Positions 59,286-64,000 of a stretch of 64,000 nucleotides of DNA are shown here, piece after piece. How positions within the stretch are numbered: position 1 is the stretch's first letter; every line of letters begins with the position of its first letter. The translations under genes were made by a program, and so were the position numbers. Source of the stretch: Steroidobacteraceae bacterium (GTDB lineage Bacteria; Pseudomonadota; Gammaproteobacteria; Steroidobacterales; Steroidobacteraceae); contig DASUGK010000115.1 of NCBI GenBank assembly GCA_036274075.1, forward strand, positions 34,944 through 98,943, written 5' to 3'. Under the pieces are notes generated by a model that made no database searches, was not told the DNA's origin, and worked only from the letters and a program-made list of their open reading frames with translations.

Positions 59286-60110
59286 ATGAACGCCCCCGAT
59301 CAGTATGGCGTGGTCGGCCACCCGATCAGTCACAGCTGGTCTCCCTTCATCCACGGGCTGTTCGCCAAGCAGACGGACCAGTCCCTCGTCTACCGCCTCT
59401 ACGACATCGTGCCGGAGAACTTCCGCGCGCAGGTGCTCGAGTTCTTCACGCGCGGCGGCCGTGGACTCAACGTGACCGTACCACACAAGGAAGCCGCGGC
59501 GGAGTTGGCCAACGACCTCACCACCCGGGCCGACCGGGCTGGCGCCGTGAACACGCTGATCCTCAACGACGACAACACCCTGCTCGGCGACAACACCGAC
59601 GGCCACGGGCTGGTCACCGACCTCACCAAGAACCTCGGCCTGAACATCACCAACGAGCGCCTGCTGATCCTCGGCGCCGGTGGCGCCACGCGCGGCGTGA
59701 TCGAGCCGCTGCTGTCGCTGGGCCCCACCGAGCTGGTGATCGCCAACCGCACGCCGGAGCGCGCGGTCAACCTGGCGTCGTTGTTTTCCGACCTCGGGGC
59801 GGTGCGCGGCTGTGGCTTCGAAAACGTCGGTGACGACCCTTTCGATCTCATCATCAATGCGACGGCCGCGGGGCTCACCGGGTCGGTACCCAATGTCGCG
59901 CCCGCGGTCGTGGCCAGCCACACCGTCTGCTACGACATGAGCTACAGCAAGACGGCGACGCCGTTCGTGACCTGGGCGGTTGAACAGGGCTGCGCGCGGG
60001 CCCATAAAGGCTGGGGCATGCTGGTCGAACAGGCCGCGGAATCCTTCACCCTGTGGCGCGGCGTGCGCCCGGATACGGAGCCTGTCCTCGCCGCCCTCGG
60101 GATCAAATGA
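59286..60110 (+). CDS. aroE: shikimate dehydrogenase
   Basis: Contains GVVGHPISHSWSP, LNVTVPHKE and LGAGGATRG. Confidence 0.9.
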   Translation: MNAPDQYGVVGHPISHSWSPFIHGLFAKQTDQSLVYRLYDIVPENFRAQVLEFFTRGGRGLNVTVPHKEAAAELANDLTTRADRAGAVNTLILNDDNTLLGDNTDGHGLVTDLTKNLGLNITNERLLILGAGGATRGVIEPLLSLGPTELVIANRTPERAVNLASLFSDLGAVRGCGFENVGDDPFDLIINATAAGLTGSVPNVAPAVVASHTVCYDMSYSKTATPFVTWAVEQGCARAHKGWGMLVEQAAESFTLWRGVRPDTEPVLAALGIK

Positions 60111-62131
60111 AGATGAGTGAAGCGCAAATCAGCGGGACCGCGTTGCCCGCGTTCGATCGTATCAATGCCGGCGAGGTCGAGCCCGCCATCCGTGCGCTGC
60201 TGGAACGCAGCCGCGGCGAAGTGGCCACCCTGGAATCGCAACCACACCCCACCTTCGAGAACACGGTGCTGCCGCTCGAGCAGCTGTCGCACCGCCTGTC
60301 GCGCACCTGGTCGCCCATCAGCCATCTCAATGGCGTGCTGAACTCCGACGAGCTGCGCGCCAGCTACAACGCCTGCCTGCCGTTGCTGTCGAACTACTGG
60401 ACCGACCTGGCGCAGAGCGAACCGCTGTACCGTGCCTACCGCGCCATCGCCGCCAACGAGCAGGCCGGCCTCGACGGCGCGCAGCGCCGCGTGCTGGAGC
60501 GCGCACTCGAGGATTTCCGCCTGGCCGGCGTGGGCCTGCCGAAGGACCGCAAGGAACGTTACAAGGCCGTGGTGCAGGAGCTGGCGCTGCTCGGCGCGAA
60601 GTTCGAAGAGAACGTGCTCGACGCCATGAATGCCTGGACGCGGCACGTCATCGATCCCGCGGAGCTCGCGGGCATCAATCCCGTCATCGTCGAACAGGCC
60701 CGCGCGCGCGCCGCGGAGCGCGGCATCGAGGGCTGGTTGTTCGCGCTGGAGCAGCCCACCTACGTCGCGATCATGACCGACGCCGACTCGGAACCGTTGC
60801 GGCGCGATTTCTACGAGGCCTGGTCCACGCGCGCCTCGGACCGCGGGCCCTCGGGCGGCAAGTTCGACAACACCGAGGTGATGAAGAAGATCCTGGCCCT
60901 GCGCCACGAGGCGGCACGGCTGCTCGACTTCCCCAACTACGCGGCCTACGCGCTGGCCACGCGCATGGCACCGTCCAACGAGGCGGTGTTCGACTTCCTG
61001 CACCAGCTGGCGCGCGTGGCGAAGCCGGCCGCGGCACGTGAATACGCCGAGCTCGAAGCCTTCGCCGGCCGCAAGCTCAACGCCTGGGACGTCGGCTACT
61101 ACTCCGAGAAGCTGCAGCAGAAGCTGTTCTCGATCTCGCAGGAAGAACTGCGGCCCTACTTCCCGCTGCCGCGCGTGCTCGAAGGTCTGTTCGCAGTGGC
61201 CGAGCGGCTGTTCGGCGTGAAGATCGTCGAGCGCCAGGGCGTGCCGGTGTGGCACGCCGACGCCCGCTTCTTCGAGATCCACGACGGCAGCGGCAAGGCC
61301 CGCGCCGGTTTCTATCTCGACGCCTGCGCGCGGCCGAAGAAACGCGCCGGCGCATGGATGGACGATTGCGTGGGACGCAAGGAGTTCGGTGCCGAGCAGA
61401 CCGTGCCGGTGGCCTACCTGGTGTGCAATTTCCTGCCGGCCGGCGCCGGCAAACCCGCGTTGCTCACGCATGACGACGTGGTGACGCTGTTCCACGAGTT
61501 CGGGCACGGCCTGCATCACATGCTGACGCGCGTGGCCTATCCGTCCATTGCCGGTATCAATGGCGTGTCCTGGGACGCGGTCGAGCTGCCGAGCCAGTTC
61601 ATGGAGAACTTCGCGTGGCGGCCCGAGGTGCTCGGGCCCATGGCGCGGCACTTCGAGACCGGCGAACCGCTGCCGGCCGGAAAGCAGGCGCAACTGCTGG
61701 GCTCGCGCACCTTCCAGGCCGGCCTCGCCACCATGCGCCAGCTCGAGTTCGCGCTGTTCGATTTCCGCCTGCATGCCGAGTACGACCCGGCGCAGGGTGC
61801 GCGCATCGACCAGATCCTCGCCGAGGTGCGCGCCGAGGTGGCCGTGTTCGCGGTGCCGGAGTGGAACCGCTTCCCGCACAATTTCGCGCACATCTTCTCG
61901 GGTGGTTACGCGGCCGGCTACTACAGTTACAAGTGGGCCGAGGTGCTCGCCGCCGATGCCTTCAGCGCCTTCGAGGAACGCGGCGTGTTCGACCGTGGCG
62001 TCGCGCAGCGCTTCCTGGATTCCATCCTGTCACAGGGCGGCAGCCGCAAGGCGCTCGACGCCTTCGTCGATTTCCGCGGCCGTCCGCCGGACGTGAACGC
62101 GCTGCTGAGGCAGCAGGGCCTCGGCGGATGA
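60107..62131 (+). CDS. prlC: oligopeptidase A (M3 family)
   Basis: ATGA overlap with aroE. Zinc motif HEFGHGLHHM. M3 layout throughout. Confidence 0.9.
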   Translation: MKMSEAQISGTALPAFDRINAGEVEPAIRALLERSRGEVATLESQPHPTFENTVLPLEQLSHRLSRTWSPISHLNGVLNSDELRASYNACLPLLSNYWTDLAQSEPLYRAYRAIAANEQAGLDGAQRRVLERALEDFRLAGVGLPKDRKERYKAVVQELALLGAKFEENVLDAMNAWTRHVIDPAELAGINPVIVEQARARAAERGIEGWLFALEQPTYVAIMTDADSEPLRRDFYEAWSTRASDRGPSGGKFDNTEVMKKILALRHEAARLLDFPNYAAYALATRMAPSNEAVFDFLHQLARVAKPAAAREYAELEAFAGRKLNAWDVGYYSEKLQQKLFSISQEELRPYFPLPRVLEGLFAVAERLFGVKIVERQGVPVWHADARFFEIHDGSGKARAGFYLDACARPKKRAGAWMDDCVGRKEFGAEQTVPVAYLVCNFLPAGAGKPALLTHDDVVTLFHEFGHGLHHMLTRVAYPSIAGINGVSWDAVELPSQFMENFAWRPEVLGPMARHFETGEPLPAGKQAQLLGSRTFQAGLATMRQLEFALFDFRLHAEYDPAQGARIDQILAEVRAEVAVFAVPEWNRFPHNFAHIFSGGYAAGYYSYKWAEVLAADAFSAFEERGVFDRGVAQRFLDSILSQGGSRKALDAFVDFRGRPPDVNALLRQQGLGG

Positions 62132-62937
62132 ATGCCGCCACCGGCGGTGGCCCAGTCCGAGAACAATACTTCTCGATCGCCACGTGGAACGTGAACTCGC
62201 TGCGCGTGCGCAGCGAACAGCTCATGCAGTGGCTGGCCGCAACAAAGCCCGACGTCGTTGCACTGCAGGAAACCAAGATGCAGGACCCGGACTTCCCGCA
62301 TCCGGAATTCACGGCCGCCGGCTACCACAGCGTGTTCAGCGGCCAGAAGACCTACAACGGCGTGGCATTGCTGTCGCGCCTGCCGATGACGAACTTCGTC
62401 CGCGACATCCCGGACTTCGACGATCCGCCGCGGCGCGTGCTGGCCGCCGACATCGGTCCGTACCGCGTCATCAATCTGTACGTGCCCAACGGCCAGGCGC
62501 CGGGCTCGGAAAAATTCGCGTACAAACTCAAGTGGCTGGAAGCACTTCGTCACTGGCTGGCGAAGGAAGCGGCCGCGCATCCCGGGCTCATCGTGTTAGG
62601 CGACTTCAACATCGCGCCGGAGGATCGGGACGTGCACGACCCTGCCGCCTGGGTGGGCTGCGTGCACGTGAGCCCGGAAGAACGCGCCGCGCTCAAGGCC
62701 ATCACCGACCTCGGCCTGGTCGATGCCTTTCGCCACTTCGAACAACCCGAGAAATCGTTCAGCTGGTGGGATTACCGGCAGGGCGCTTTCCGGCGCAACA
62801 ACGGTTTGCGCATCGATCTCATCCTGGTGCATCAGCAGCTGCTGCCGTCGCTGGCCAGCTGCCGCATCGACGTGGAGCCGCGGCGCGCCGAACGCGCCTC
62901 CGACCACACGCCCGTCATCGCGACTTTCCGGGCCTGA
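62128..62937 (+). CDS. xthA: exodeoxyribonuclease III
   Basis: ATGA overlap with prlC. Contains ATWNVNSLRVR, LQETK, GDFNIAP and SDHTPV. Confidence 0.9.
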   Translation: MNAATGGGPVREQYFSIATWNVNSLRVRSEQLMQWLAATKPDVVALQETKMQDPDFPHPEFTAAGYHSVFSGQKTYNGVALLSRLPMTNFVRDIPDFDDPPRRVLAADIGPYRVINLYVPNGQAPGSEKFAYKLKWLEALRHWLAKEAAAHPGLIVLGDFNIAPEDRDVHDPAAWVGCVHVSPEERAALKAITDLGLVDAFRHFEQPEKSFSWWDYRQGAFRRNNGLRIDLILVHQQLLPSLASCRIDVEPRRAERASDHTPVIATFRA

Positions 62938-63094
62938 AACGGGCCGGCTTTACCGTAAGCTGCCGCGCGGCGCGATTACGGCATGACACCAGCGTGACGC
63001 GGTTCACGGTGGGCCGCGGGGTGCCCCGCCACCGCTGGTCTTTTCGCAACCCGCTGCCTAGACTCCCGCATCTTGTTAGTTTTCGGACATTTAC

Positions 63095-64000
63095 GTGCTC
63101 GCTGAATCGCGTCGCAGCGACTACGACGTCACCGACACGGTGCTCGTGAGCTCGGCTCCGGATGTGCGGGCCGCGGTCGAAGAGCTGTTCGCCCGTGTCT
63201 GGCCCGGCCGGAAATTCCCCGCCTTCGCGCATGTCTTCACCGACTTCGACCGCCTGTTCTCGGGCCGCATGCCCGGCTACTTCGGCGTCGACACCGTCTA
63301 CCACGACCAGCAGCACACGCTGGACATCACGCTGGCCACCGCGCGCCTGATCGTCGGCCACGAACTGCAGGTTCCCGAGGCGCAGAAATTCGGGCCCGAG
63401 CGCGCCATGCTCGGCATCGTCGTTGCGCTGTTCCACGACGTGGGCTACCTGCGCAGCACGCGTGATGCCGACGTGCCCAACGGCGCGGAATTCACCACCA
63501 TACACGTGTCGCGCGGCGCGGCCTTCCTGCGGGACTATCTACCCAAGATCGACCTCGGCAGCTGGGCCGGCATCGCCGCCGAGATCATCCACTACACCGG
63601 CTACGAGCGGCCGTTCAGGAGCATCGTCGCGCCCGACCCGCGCGACCACAAGCTCGGGCACCTGGTCGGCACCGCCGATCTCATGGCGCAGATGGCCGAC
63701 CGCTGCTACCTCGAGAAATGCCGCGACCGCCTGTACGCCGAATTCGTGCTGGCCGGCGTGGCGCTGCCGATCGGCGAGAACGGCCACGTGAAAGTGCGTT
63801 ATGCCTCGGGTCTCGACCTGCTGCGCCAGACGCCGAAGTTCGTGTTCGACATGCGCGCCAAGAGGCTCGACGGCGAGTTCAACCGCGCCTACCGCTACCT
63901 CGAGATCCTGTTCAACGGCCGCAATCCCTACATGGAATCGATCGACCGCAACCTCGAGTACCTGCAGCGCATCCTGCGCAGCGAGAACTGGCGGCTGCTG
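63095..64000 (+). CDS. HD-domain (metal-dependent phosphohydrolase-like) protein, 3' end outside the window
   Basis: Not in the ORF track because no stop is reached. My own translation from GTG 63095 is stop-free and GC3-rich to the window end, and contains ...VALFHDVGYLRS... (HD motif). Confidence 0.6.
   Translation, partial: MLAESRRSDYDVTDTVLVSSAPDVRAAVEELFARVWPGRKFPAFAHVFTDFDRLFSGRMPGYFGVDTVYHDQQHTLDITLATARLIVGHELQVPEAQKFGPERAMLGIVVALFHDVGYLRSTRDADVPNGAEFTTIHVSRGAAFLRDYLPKIDLGSWAGIAAEIIHYTGYERPFRSIVAPDPRDHKLGHLVGTADLMAQMADRCYLEKCRDRLYAEFVLAGVALPIGENGHVKVRYASGLDLLRQTPKFVFDMRAKRLDGEFNRAYRYLEILFNGRNPYMESIDRNLEYLQRILRSENWRLL

Overview
High-GC proteobacterial chromosomal segment. It is densely coding, with about 58 CDS on both strands and many 1-4 nt ATGA/GTGA/TAATG start-stop overlaps. 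Gene content and order look gammaproteobacterial, Xanthomonadales/Nevskiales-like: def-fmt-rsmB-DUF4390-ntrY-ntrX, dprA-smg-topA, aroE-prlC-xthA, pntAA-pntAB-pntB, argS, priA, acs, glpQ, rlmJ. The taxon is inference only. I saw no rRNA, tRNA, CRISPR array, transposase, integrase or prophage genes. Most of the window is housekeeping. It is nevertheless unusually rich in envelope-signalling and proteolysis genes, with four ECF sigma/anti-sigma pairs and three S8 subtilases. The best candidate for an undescribed system is the block at about 9.68-20.27 kb. It holds two tandem paralogous TPR-CHAT (caspase-like) proteins with lipoprotein-type signal peptides, a small Cys-containing secreted protein, a divergent S8 subtilase, an ECF sigma with an odd AT-rich hydrophobic tail, and a single-pass anti-sigma. 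A bipartite motif, GTGTCAC-N12-TCTCYCAC, occurs exactly three times in the window, all inside this block. A second, differently built module lies at 31.5-35.0 kb: ECF sigma/anti-sigma divergent from an S8 subtilase plus a Gly/Ala/Asn low-complexity secreted protein. Other points worth a second look are histone-H1-like Lys/Ala-rich C-terminal tails on both Acs and TopA, inverted DnaA boxes just upstream of priA, a probable +1 frameshift in a small lipoprotein gene near 39.58 kb, and an SD-sequestering hairpin before the low-complexity gene. All family calls rest on motifs I recognise in the translations; no database search was run.
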